Origin: a virus
Lineage: Duplodnaviria > Caudoviricetes
Length of the DNA: 33,417 nucleotides
Virus record (IMG/VR): IMGVR_UViG_3300010047_000083
Span: 1-33,417 of that record
Direction: 5' to 3' (one strand)
Shown: positions 1 through 8,438 of the stretch, one piece after another
Layout of the letters: each line of letters begins with the position of its first letter
Position numbering within the stretch: position 1 is the stretch's first letter
Notes under the pieces: model-generated
What the model was told of the DNA's origin: nothing
Databases searched by the model: none
What the model saw: only the letters and a program-made list of their open reading frames with translations
Program-made: the position numbers and the translations under genes

Positions 1-495
1 GCGACGATAACGAATAATGGCGCGAACGGAACCGCTAGTACGTTCGACGGAGTCAATGCGAATGGAGGACTCGGTGGAAACGCAGGGGGGAATAACGGTG
101 CTGGTGGCGCTGGCGGGTCTGGGGGTACTGGCACTGCTGACTTTAGGATGTCTGGCAGTGATGGTTCTACAGGTAATGGTGCGGTAGACGCATTTAATGG
201 CGGCTCCGGCGCGCCGGGCCTGTTTGGAATGGGGTCGGGCAGGGGCGGTGCTAACGCGGCGGGTCAGAACGGGAAGGCTAATACGGGCGGCGGTGGGGGT
301 GGCGCTGGCGCGGGTGCCGCCCCGGACAATAATGGCGGCGGTGGCGGTTCGGGCGAACTGGCTATCGTTATAAGACAGTCTCCTGCGGCCACGTACAGCT
401 TCACAATCGGGCCGGGCGGGAATGGCGGGGCGGCCGGCACTGCGGCGGGCGGCAACGGTGGGTCGGGCGTGATTTTGGTCCTGGAGCTTTACTAA
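1..495 (+). CDS. Glycine-rich tail fibre protein, C-terminal part (5' end outside window)
   Basis: Frame 1 is open from base 1 (ATITNNGANGTASTFDGVNANGG...) to TAA at 493-495. GGGGGAG repeats, 'YSFTIGPGGNGG' and terminal 'GGSGVILVLELY' are typical of Gly-rich phage fibre tips. Confidence 0.8.
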   Translation, partial: ATITNNGANGTASTFDGVNANGGLGGNAGGNNGAGGAGGSGGTGTADFRMSGSDGSTGNGAVDAFNGGSGAPGLFGMGSGRGGANAAGQNGKANTGGGGGGAGAGAAPDNNGGGGGSGELAIVIRQSPAATYSFTIGPGGNGGAAGTAAGGNGGSGVILVLELY

Positions 496-515
496 TGTGG
501 AGGCCTACTACCAAC

Positions 516-534
516 GGGGTCCATAACGGACCCT
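516..534 (+). promoter_or_regulatory. Short intergenic hairpin (GGGGTCC-ATAAC-GGACCCT) upstream of the OMP gene
   Basis: 7-bp stem with one G-U pair. Only TT follows, so it is at best a weak terminator or a stability/processing hairpin. Confidence 0.4.
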
Positions 535-555
535 TCAACGCAGAGGAGAAGTAGG

Positions 556-1230
556 ATGAAGTGGTTTAAGGCTGGAGGGCTAGCTTTTGGTGCACTGGTG
601 GCTAGTACGGCCATGGTGTCTGCGGCCGACTTGCCGGTTAGGAAGGGGGTGGCTCAACCTGAGCCGGTCTATGGCTGGTCGGGCATGTACTTTGGTGTCC
701 ATGGAGGTATGAACCTCGGAGCGTTCAACCCGATATTTGGCGCGGGGGAGACTGCAACCAAGGTCAATTTCGACGATAATAGTCCGATCGTCGGGGGTCA
801 TATTGGCTACTTTGGCCAACTGGGCGGGCTGGTTATTGGCCCTGAGATGGGCCTCCAGTATATGGGCTTTAAGGGCAAGGAGAACCTTACGCCCACGGTC
901 CTCTTGCAGCAGAAGGTCGATTGGATGGCCTATATAGGCGCCAATGCGGGTTTGCTGCTGGGGGAGTATATCCTGGCCAGGGTCGGTGGCGGTGTGGCAT
1001 TTGCCCACCACAAGGGCGAGATAGTCGACGTAGCTGCATTGTCTACGACCACGGCCTTGACGGGATGGTACGTCGGGGCGGGTCTGGAGTACAAACTCAG
1101 CCAGAGGACCCGATTGGGCGTAGAGTACAAGCACGTAGACTTCGGCGATGTGCAGCCGCTTACGGCGGTCGACCCGAAGAATATGCGGTTTGACCAGATC
1201 ACTGGCCGCTTGAGCTTCACGCTCCAGTAA
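556..1230 (+). CDS. Outer-membrane beta-barrel protein, Omp25/Omp31/RopB family (alphaproteobacterial type)
   Basis: Signal peptide ending VSA|ADLPVRK, first strand 'WSGMYFGVHGG', late strands 'GWYVGAGLEYKL...LGVEYKHVDFG' and alternating amphipathic strands. RBS GAGGAG upstream. Confidence 0.88.
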   Translation: MKWFKAGGLAFGALVASTAMVSAADLPVRKGVAQPEPVYGWSGMYFGVHGGMNLGAFNPIFGAGETATKVNFDDNSPIVGGHIGYFGQLGGLVIGPEMGLQYMGFKGKENLTPTVLLQQKVDWMAYIGANAGLLLGEYILARVGGGVAFAHHKGEIVDVAALSTTTALTGWYVGAGLEYKLSQRTRLGVEYKHVDFGDVQPLTAVDPKNMRFDQITGRLSFTLQ

Positions 1231-1322
1231 TGCGTGACGTTGAAGGATCGATAGAAGCCTGGGTAGTGGTCATAGCAATATGGCTACTACTCAGACTGCT
1301 CGCTGGAGGGAACGATGGCTGA
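1230..1322 (+). CDS. Putative 30-aa single-TM peptide (MRDVEGSIEAWVVVIAIWLLLRLLAGGNDG), not in the ORF track
   Basis: ATG overlaps the OMP stop (TAATG) and the TGA lies just inside the endolysin start. Contains a ~16-residue hydrophobic stretch. No clear RBS, so it would need translational coupling. Confidence 0.35.
   Translation: MRDVEGSIEAWVVVIAIWLLLRLLAGGNDG
1259..1294 (+). promoter_or_regulatory. 16-bp RNA hairpin with GCAA tetraloop between OMP and endolysin
   Basis: CTGGGTAGTGGTCATA-GCAA-TATGGCTACTACTCAG. All three non-Watson-Crick positions are G-U on the + strand; GNRA loop; no U tract. Confidence 0.7.
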
Positions 1323-2025
1323 GATGGTTAATAGGTTGGTGCTGGACTTATCGCACCATAATACAGTCAGTAGCTGGGCCCAAATTAGGCAGGCCGGTAT
1401 AGTGGGCGTCATCTATAAGGCGACCGAGGACGACGACTATACCGACCCGACCTATGCGGAGGCGCGGAAGGGGGCGGAAGGCGCCGGGTTGCTGTGGGGC
1501 GCGTATCACTTCTTGCGGCCGACCAGCGGCATGGTAGAGCAGGCCCGACATTTTGTCCAGAAGGTGGGCAATCTGTCCAACGTCCTTCTATGCGCGGATC
1601 ACGAGGATGACGGCGTGAGTCTGGCCGACCTGAAAATCTTCTTGGAAGAGGTATTTCAGCTGAGCGGTCAGCGGGCCGTGATATATAGCGGGAGTGTGAT
1701 CAAGCAGCAGGTCGGCAATCAGATGATTGTTTGGCTGGGTGCTTATCCCCGCTTTTGGCTCGCGCATTATAGTCCTAGCCCAACGTGGCCAAAGCAAATT
1801 TGGTCCCGGTATTGGCTCTGGCAGTATACAGATGGAGTGAGCGGTCCACTACCACAAGATTGCCCCGGAGTGGGCGGGGATGTGGATTGTGACTCCTTTC
1901 TGGGCGACTCCGCGAGGTTGAAGGCGGAATGGACAGGGAATATGGTGCCTGTTCCGTCGAAGCCGGTAGTGGAGATAACAATCTCGGCTCCTCCGGGGGT
2001 CGAGGTAAAGGTGACTCGTGAATAG
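1315..2025 (+). CDS. Endolysin, glycoside hydrolase family 25 muramidase
   Basis: 'LDLSHHN', 'IYKATE', 'GAYHF', catalytic 'ADHE', 'WLAHY', 'LWQYTD', 'VDCD'. Confidence 0.93.
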   Translation: MAEMVNRLVLDLSHHNTVSSWAQIRQAGIVGVIYKATEDDDYTDPTYAEARKGAEGAGLLWGAYHFLRPTSGMVEQARHFVQKVGNLSNVLLCADHEDDGVSLADLKIFLEEVFQLSGQRAVIYSGSVIKQQVGNQMIVWLGAYPRFWLAHYSPSPTWPKQIWSRYWLWQYTDGVSGPLPQDCPGVGGDVDCDSFLGDSARLKAEWTGNMVPVPSKPVVEITISAPPGVEVKVTRE

Positions 2026-2036
2026 GGGAGCTATGT

Positions 2037-2252
2037 ATGCCTGACTGGATCAACAGCAACTCAATCCACAATGTCCTCAATACGCTGATCGTGATATCGG
2101 GGTCCGCTGCGGGCTTTGATTTCTCGGCCCTTGGGGTGAGCCCGCCGTTCGCTGGCAAGGTGGTGGCGATCTTGGGCTTGACGAAGTTGATAATGAACGG
2201 GATTCGGGACGGAATTCCGGGAATGGTGAAGCCTCAGCCGCCGGTGAAGTAA
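2037..2252 (+). CDS. Putative holin (two hydrophobic segments)
   Basis: 71 aa with two predicted TM helices and a basic/Pro C-terminus, directly after the endolysin. RBS GGGGAG. Confidence 0.6.
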   Translation: MPDWINSNSIHNVLNTLIVISGSAAGFDFSALGVSPPFAGKVVAILGLTKLIMNGIRDGIPGMVKPQPPVK

Positions 2253-2284
2253 ACTCCTTGGGCCGGGGGGCGCTAGGAGGGTCG

Positions 2285-2581
2285 GTGCAGGTCTTGGGGC
2301 TGAACGTGGATATCAACACGATCATCAACCTAGTTGGCTTCCTACTGGGGCTTGGAGGCATAGCTGGGGTCGCCCGATACCAGATCAAGGAGTTGTCTGG
2401 TAGGATGGAGGCGGTGGAACAGTCGCTGGGTAAGTTGACCGAAATCCTTTTAGCCCAAGAGCGGCATACGGGGCGGATGAATGTGATGGATGAGCGTCTA
2501 ACCGCCCAGGGCAAGCGGCTGGACGAAGTGTCGGCCCGGTTCGACCGCTATCTGAACGATAGAGAGCCCGATGGACGTTGA
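2285..2581 (+). CDS. Membrane protein with N-terminal TM helix and coiled coil (lysis-associated, holin/antiholin-like)
   Basis: Start revised to GTG 2285 after AGGAGG (2275-2280). TM 'IINLVGFLLGLGGIAGVA' is followed by a heptad-rich helix. Confidence 0.6.
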   Translation: MQVLGLNVDINTIINLVGFLLGLGGIAGVARYQIKELSGRMEAVEQSLGKLTEILLAQERHTGRMNVMDERLTAQGKRLDEVSARFDRYLNDREPDGR

Positions 2582-4133
2582 AATCAATGATGTGGCGGTG
2601 CTGGGGGTCATAAAGGATCAGCCCGCCCATCAGCTTGCGCCAGAGGCCTGGACCACCGCGGAGAATATGAGGTTTCAGGATGGCGCGGCGCAGAAGCTAT
2701 TGGGCGATAGTCAGGTATTCGGCTCGCCGACGATCCAGCCCCATTTCGCTATGCCTGTACGGACCCCCACAGGCACGATGTGGCCCTATGCGAGCCTGGC
2801 GAAGATACACGTGTGGGATGGCGCGACTCACACGGATATTACCCGGACGGTCGGTGGCGATTATACGGCCGCTAACACTAGGGAGTGGAATGGGACGGTC
2901 TTCGGTGGCATTGCGATTTTTAACAACGGGGTCGATCTTCCGCAATTCTGGGCCACGCCGACTGCGGGCACGAAGATGGCCAATCTTACGAATTTCCCCG
3001 CGAATGAGCGGGTTAAAATCATGCGGTCGCTGGGGAGTTACCTGGTCGGCTTCTATGTGATTGATAGTGGGACGCACTTCGGCCACATGGTCCATTGGAG
3101 CCATAAGGCGGCGCCAGGAACCATCCCGACCTCGTGGGATCATACCAATCCAGCGGTGGATGCCGGCCGGAGCGAGTTGCCGGATGTCGATAGCGGCCTG
3201 ATTACCGATGCGCTGGCCCTTCGCGGCGAGATGATGATTTACAAGGAGTCCGCGACGTGGAAGATGCGGTTTATCGGCGGGAGATTTGTGTTCGGGTTTT
3301 CGTCCGTATTCGATACTAGCGGCATTCTGGCCCCGAGGTGCGCGGCGCTGACGGCCGATGGCACGAAGCATGTAGTGGCGACACAGGACGATATCATTAG
3401 CCATAATGGGAATGTGGCGACTAGTGTCCTGACCAAGAGGTGGCGGAAGACGCTGTTTAGCCGGATCGACCCTGTTGGGTATGTGAATTCCTTCATGATG
3501 TCCAACCCGATCGCGAATGAAATGTGGTTCTGCTACCCGGAGAATGGGCAGACCAATCCGTCCCGTGCGTTGATCTGGAATTATAAAGAGGGCGGGATTT
3601 CGGAGGCGCCGGTGACGCACCGGAATTGGGCGATTGGCGATGTGACGGGCGTTAGCGATGTGGTCTTTGACGCGGATAGTGGGACGTATGACTCCCTGGG
3701 CCCACTAGATGTATACGATAACATCCAGCGCCGGAAGGTGATCCTGCTGGACCCGACGAATAGCAAGTTCTACCAGCTAGACAGTGGGCTGACTCGGCAT
3801 GGGACGCAGTTCTCGGGGGTGCTGCAGCGGCTGGCGTTGAGCGTGATTGGGCAGAAGAGGGATGGGGGTTGGATTGTAGACCTGAAGAAGAAGCGGCTGG
3901 TTACGCGAATCTGGCCTAAGGTGCGTGGGGGGCCGGTCGATGTGCGGGTGGGGTTCCAGGAGTTGCCGGATGGGAGCGTGACGTGGCAGTCCTCGAAGAC
4001 CTTCGACCCCCTTACGCAGCGGTTTCTGGACTTCACAACCAGTGGGGTGTTGCCGGCCCTGGAGTTTTCTAGCCTGAACGTGTTTACCGTCGATGGGTAT
4101 AAGATCGAGGTCGTCCCGCTTGGAGACCACTAG
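2571..4133 (+). CDS. Tail nozzle / tail tubular (head-closure) protein, LUZ24/PaP3-like
   Basis: 520 aa, beta-rich. Motifs 'GVIKD..LAPEAW...NMRF.DG.AQK.LG', 'MVHWS...PTSWD.T.P..DAG', 'IYKE...MRFIGG.FVF.F' and 'NEMWFCY' match recalled LUZ24-like virion proteins. Confidence 0.8.
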   Translation: MDVEINDVAVLGVIKDQPAHQLAPEAWTTAENMRFQDGAAQKLLGDSQVFGSPTIQPHFAMPVRTPTGTMWPYASLAKIHVWDGATHTDITRTVGGDYTAANTREWNGTVFGGIAIFNNGVDLPQFWATPTAGTKMANLTNFPANERVKIMRSLGSYLVGFYVIDSGTHFGHMVHWSHKAAPGTIPTSWDHTNPAVDAGRSELPDVDSGLITDALALRGEMMIYKESATWKMRFIGGRFVFGFSSVFDTSGILAPRCAALTADGTKHVVATQDDIISHNGNVATSVLTKRWRKTLFSRIDPVGYVNSFMMSNPIANEMWFCYPENGQTNPSRALIWNYKEGGISEAPVTHRNWAIGDVTGVSDVVFDADSGTYDSLGPLDVYDNIQRRKVILLDPTNSKFYQLDSGLTRHGTQFSGVLQRLALSVIGQKRDGGWIVDLKKKRLVTRIWPKVRGGPVDVRVGFQELPDGSVTWQSSKTFDPLTQRFLDFTTSGVLPALEFSSLNVFTVDGYKIEVVPLGDH

Positions 4134-5131
4134 TGCCCTACAAGCTGACCAAGGCTAGGACGTTTGATGATCCGGATTTGCAGGAGGCTGTCCGGTGGGT
4201 GGAAGATGAACTGCGGGCGGTCGAGGATGCGCAGGCCGAGACGCAGGAATTGGACCTTAGGGAGATTTTCCGCGAACCGGAGCGGCCTCGGAATGGGATG
4301 ATCGTCCAGGCCGATGGGACCCAGTGGAATCCGGGACAGGGTAGAGGCGCGTATGTTTATCTGAATGGAGCGTGGGTCAAGCTGAGCGTCGGGTCGGATT
4401 TCAATCAGACCGTAACGACGGTTGGGGACACGAACTATACCATCCTGACCACCGACTTTATTGTGGTCACGAACACAGCGTTCACGGCCGCTCGCACGTG
4501 GACCCTGCCGGCCGCTAGCGCCGTGCCGGTTAATCATAGAATATGGGTGATAGATCGACTGGGCACGATTACCAACACCAACACGCTGGTCATTCAGCGG
4601 GCCGGGTCGGATACGATCTTGGACGGCCTGACCTCGCTAACTCTCAACACTAAGCGCACTGGCTACGAGTTCGTCTCTGACGGGATTAGTAAGTGGACAG
4701 CAGCCCTGTCTATAACCGGCGTCACGGACCTATTGGATAGGTTAGTGCCGGCAGAGGGCCAAATCGCTATTAGGGGTGCCAGCACGTGGGGACTAGCGGG
4801 TGGGAGCGGGGCGACGGCGTTGAGCAAAGGCTTCAACACGGTCAGTTTCGACCTGGGTACCGTCAGTAGCGGCACTATTACCCCGGAGCCGTATAACGGG
4901 GCGGCACAGAAACTGACCAACAATGGAGCCTTCACCTGGGCTGCACCCACGACCCAGGGCGAGTTTCGCGTGCTGGTCACCAACGCGGGCAGTGCCGGGG
5001 CGGTCACGTTCAGCGGGTTTACGAAGAAGCTGGGGAGTGGAGTGTTCACCACGACCAACGGGCATAAATTCATCGTGACGGTCGGCAGGATCGAGAGCGA
5101 CGAATTCTACAGCATAGACCCACTACAATGA
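4133..5131 (+). CDS. Tail needle/fibre protein: conserved N-terminal nozzle-adjacent domain extended by fibre domains
   Basis: N-terminal 'PERPRNGMIVQADGTQWNPGQGRGAYVY..GAWVKL', then a Thr-rich beta-sandwich ('TWTLPAAS...SDGISKW') and a C-terminal fibre domain. Coupled by TAGTG. Confidence 0.7.
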   Translation: MPYKLTKARTFDDPDLQEAVRWVEDELRAVEDAQAETQELDLREIFREPERPRNGMIVQADGTQWNPGQGRGAYVYLNGAWVKLSVGSDFNQTVTTVGDTNYTILTTDFIVVTNTAFTAARTWTLPAASAVPVNHRIWVIDRLGTITNTNTLVIQRAGSDTILDGLTSLTLNTKRTGYEFVSDGISKWTAALSITGVTDLLDRLVPAEGQIAIRGASTWGLAGGSGATALSKGFNTVSFDLGTVSSGTITPEPYNGAAQKLTNNGAFTWAAPTTQGEFRVLVTNAGSAGAVTFSGFTKKLGSGVFTTTNGHKFIVTVGRIESDEFYSIDPLQ

Positions 5132-5772
5132 CGTTTGGCCTGGGATTAGTCGCGAAGATTGTTAGTGGTCTCCAGACCCTAACCTTCATCGCTAGTTCAA
5201 CCAGCACCACGGGTGCCAGCCATACGCTCATGTCCAATATTGACCCGGGGGACGTATTGGTCTTCTGGAATAGGGCCCGGAATAATGTAGGAGCGCCTGT
5301 TGCCTTCACTCCGACCGGCTTTACCAACGTAATCAACGCTAGTGGCGGCAATTCCCGCGCTATGATGAGTGTCAAGGTCGCGACTGGCAGTGAGGATGGC
5401 GCAGGCGTGGGGGCTATGAATGGAGGACTGGATAACGACTCCATCTGCCTGCAATTTCGTGGAGATGTGCCGGTAGTTAGTATCAATTCCCAGTCGCTCA
5501 ATAGCCAGGTAACAGATTCCGCGCCTAGCAATCAAACGATAACGTCTAGCGGTGGAATAGCCCCGCTGATATCGTGGGCAGGGTGGGCGTCTACTGGGGG
5601 CATTACCAGTAGGGGCTTTTCGCCCGCGAAGGATGGGGAGGTGAATGCGTCCACCGACTGCTATTCCGCTTATAAGATATACAATGCTAGTCCGGCGGAC
5701 ATAACTGTCAGCGCGAATGACGATGGCAGTGATAACTGCATGGCCAGCGCGTATCTGGAGTGCGTGGGGTGA
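5128..5772 (+). CDS. Putative fibre-tip adhesin / receptor-binding accessory protein
   Basis: Ser/Thr/Gly-rich beta protein with a short hydrophobic N-terminus, 'IDPGDVLV' and 'TPTGFT'. ATGA-coupled between fibre genes. Confidence 0.55.
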   Translation: MTFGLGLVAKIVSGLQTLTFIASSTSTTGASHTLMSNIDPGDVLVFWNRARNNVGAPVAFTPTGFTNVINASGGNSRAMMSVKVATGSEDGAGVGAMNGGLDNDSICLQFRGDVPVVSINSQSLNSQVTDSAPSNQTITSSGGIAPLISWAGWASTGGITSRGFSPAKDGEVNASTDCYSAYKIYNASPADITVSANDDGSDNCMASAYLECVG

Positions 5773-8435
5773 GGCAAGAACTAGAACATACGACCGGCCG
5801 GCGGTATCGGTGGTGGGGCGGAGAGGTCGGCACCAATAGGAAAGTGCTGACTGGTACGGCTACCATCACCATCGAGAGTCCGATCCTGCACCTGTACGAC
5901 CCGAATGGGGCCGATAGGGATGTGGTGCTGCCGGCCTTTGCGCGGGGGCTGTACTTTGCGGTCGGGAATGTCGGCACCGGCTTCCTGCTGAATGTGAAGA
6001 CCAGTGGGGGGACGCTGGTTGGGCCGGTCGAGCCGAATGGATTGATGATACTTTACTGCGGCGGGAACGAGTGGTTGCAGGTCGGGCGGGTTTTTGGCCC
6101 CTCTGGGCCTAACCATTCTATCGGATTGGTGCCTGATCCGGGGTCCAGCGTGGGGTCCACCCGCTTTTTGCGGGAAGATGGGCAGTGGTCCACGCCTGGA
6201 CCTATTGGTTTTGCCGATGCCTACCAGCACGTTACCGATGGGACCAATACTGCGAACGCTGTCGGGGCTGATACGTTCAAATTGCGGTCGGCAAATGGGA
6301 TTTTGACCATTCTGGTCACCGACAATCAGCCTACCCATGGCGATAATGCGCTGTTTACGGTCGATCAGACGCAAATCGATCACAATGCGCTGCTGAATTT
6401 CGTTGCAAATAAGCATATTGACCATTCGACCGTCACCCTAACGGCTGGAAACGGGCTGTCAGGGGGCGGAGACATCACCGCCAGCCGGACTTTCGACCTC
6501 GACCTCAATGATTTGACCACCGATACGCCAGTTTTAGGCGATACTATCGCATTTTTCGATGTCAGCGGCTCCGACACCAACAAATGCACGATCACAACAC
6601 TGAATGGCATCATAGATCATAACGCTTTGCTCAATTTTGTCGCGAATAAGCACATTGACCACTCATTAGTCAGTATAAATGCTGGGAATGGGCTGTCTGG
6701 CGGTGGAGATATCACTGTAAGCCGGACAATCGACCTCGATTTGAACGATTTGACCACGGATACCCCAGTTTTAGGGGATTCCATTGCATTTTTCGACGTT
6801 TCGGGGTCAGATACGAATAAGTGCACGATTACGACGCTAAATGGCATATTGGACCATAATGCGCTGGTCAATTTCGTGGCCAACAAGCATATTGACCACT
6901 CCACCGTGAATATTACGGCTGGGAGGGGCATGTCTGGCGGTGGCGATATCACGGTCAGCCGGACGTTGGATGTAACCTTCACCGTCAACGCGCAAACTGG
7001 CACGACGTATACGTATTTGAATAGTGATGGCGGAAAACTGGTCACGCATACGAATGCGAGTGCGATTGCAGGCACGTTGCCCCAGGCGGGGAGCGGTGGG
7101 AACTTCGCGTCCGGCTGGTTCATGGCGGTTCAGAATAGGGGGGCCGGAACACTAACCATCACACCCACGACTAGCACGATTGATGGGGCGGCGAATCTGG
7201 TCCTTACGACCGGCCAGGGCGCTTGGATATTCAGCGACGGGACGAACTACTTCACCGAAAGGGGGATGGGTAGCGGGGGGTCTAGTGGGAATATGACCCG
7301 CCGGACCATCACGGGCGCCGATACCATCGTCGCGGGGGACAAGGGAAATATCGTTGAGGCCACTAGCGGTAGCTTTACCCTGGCGTTTACGGCTGCGGCG
7401 ACGCTGGCCAACGGCTTCTGGTGCATTATCTACAACTCCGGTACGGGTGATGTCACCCTCGACCCTAACTCCACTGAGCAGATCGACGGGCTCACCTCGT
7501 GGGTGCTGTATCCGGGCGGGTCGATTATAGTCAGCTGCACGGGGTCGGCCTTCGAGTCGGTCTTGATCTCAGGGATGAGGAAGCAGTTTGACTCCAGTGG
7601 TACGCTTACGAAGCCTGGGGTCGGTACGATATGCCGGCTGCAAGGGTGGGGTGGTGGTGCTAGCGGTGCCCGTGGGCGAGCAGCAGCGACGGCTCGTGGC
7701 TCTGGGGGCGGCGGTGGCGGAGCTTTCAACGAACGTATATTGGCGCTATCCGCCCTTGGCGCTACGGAGACTGTTACAATCGGGGCGGGCGGTGCGGCGC
7801 AGACGACAGATAGCACCGCCGGAAACGTAGGAGGTAACACTACTATCGGGTCGCTACTCACTGCATTCGGCGGTGGTGGAGGTGGTCCGGCCAGTGCGGG
7901 CAATACGGGCCCTGGCGGCGGTGGCGGAGGTGCGCTGAATGCTGGGTCGACTGGCGTTGCTGGGCAAGTTGGCGCCGATGGTGGCACGCTGATATCGGCT
8001 TCCTTCACTGCTGATAGTGGCGGGGTTCCATTCGTCTACACTCTTTCCCATGGTAAGGGTGGCGATAACACTAATGGCACAGGCGACGGCCACGACAATA
8101 CGGACGGTGGTGGTGGCGGGGGAAGTTCGACTGTTCCTAGTCCTGGTGGCAAGTCGATACGCGGTGGCGGTGGAGGTGGTGGAGGAAATAGTGGAGCGGG
8201 TGCCGGTGCTGCAGGCGGCGCTAGTGAGTGGGGCGGTGGCGGTGGTGGCGGTGGGACTGTGTCGGGCACTGGTGGAGCAGGTGGCGTTTCTCAGTTCGGC
8301 GGCAACGGTGGTGCGGGCACAAACGGCGCGAATGCTGGTAATGCTGGCACGCAGCCCGGTGGTGGTGGCGGTGGATCGCAGAATGCCAACTCCGGCGCGG
8401 GTGCTGCGGGCCGCGCGATTGCTTACATTTGGTGA
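5769..8435 (+). CDS. Long tail fibre protein with internal repeats and Gly-rich C-terminal domain
   Basis: Start revised to GTG 5769 (GTGA overlap, GGAG at 5757-5760). 'GLVPDP...RFLREDGQW' fibre motif, 79-aa repeats, two beta-sandwich domains and a Gly-rich tip. Confidence 0.88.
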   Translation: MRQELEHTTGRRYRWWGGEVGTNRKVLTGTATITIESPILHLYDPNGADRDVVLPAFARGLYFAVGNVGTGFLLNVKTSGGTLVGPVEPNGLMILYCGGNEWLQVGRVFGPSGPNHSIGLVPDPGSSVGSTRFLREDGQWSTPGPIGFADAYQHVTDGTNTANAVGADTFKLRSANGILTILVTDNQPTHGDNALFTVDQTQIDHNALLNFVANKHIDHSTVTLTAGNGLSGGGDITASRTFDLDLNDLTTDTPVLGDTIAFFDVSGSDTNKCTITTLNGIIDHNALLNFVANKHIDHSLVSINAGNGLSGGGDITVSRTIDLDLNDLTTDTPVLGDSIAFFDVSGSDTNKCTITTLNGILDHNALVNFVANKHIDHSTVNITAGRGMSGGGDITVSRTLDVTFTVNAQTGTTYTYLNSDGGKLVTHTNASAIAGTLPQAGSGGNFASGWFMAVQNRGAGTLTITPTTSTIDGAANLVLTTGQGAWIFSDGTNYFTERGMGSGGSSGNMTRRTITGADTIVAGDKGNIVEATSGSFTLAFTAAATLANGFWCIIYNSGTGDVTLDPNSTEQIDGLTSWVLYPGGSIIVSCTGSAFESVLISGMRKQFDSSGTLTKPGVGTICRLQGWGGGASGARGRAAATARGSGGGGGGAFNERILALSALGATETVTIGAGGAAQTTDSTAGNVGGNTTIGSLLTAFGGGGGGPASAGNTGPGGGGGGALNAGSTGVAGQVGADGGTLISASFTADSGGVPFVYTLSHGKGGDNTNGTGDGHDNTDGGGGGGSSTVPSPGGKSIRGGGGGGGGNSGAGAGAAGGASEWGGGGGGGGTVSGTGGAGGVSQFGGNGGAGTNGANAGNAGTQPGGGGGGSQNANSGAGAAGRAIAYIW
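6375..6971 (+). repeat. Intragenic tandem repeat, 237-nt (79-aa) unit, about 2.5 copies
   Basis: Units start at 6375, 6612 and 6849 (IDHNALLNFVANKHIDHS...CTITTLNGI). Protein is nearly identical; DNA differs mostly at synonymous sites. Confidence 0.95.
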
Positions 8436-8438
8436 GTC

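Noticed and set aside
495-554. 19-aa ORF (MWRPTTNGVHNGPFNAEEK) coupled to the fibre stop
   Set aside because: No RBS or compositional signal; the region is better explained by a hairpin and the OMP RBS.
7640-8420. GGT/GGC trinucleotide runs as microsatellites or contingency loci
   Set aside because: Explained by poly-Gly coding, with mixed codons.
1-8435. Diversity-generating retroelement acting on the fibres (many AAC/AAT codons in Gly-rich tips)
   Set aside because: No reverse transcriptase and no template/variable repeat pair differing only at adenines was seen in the window.
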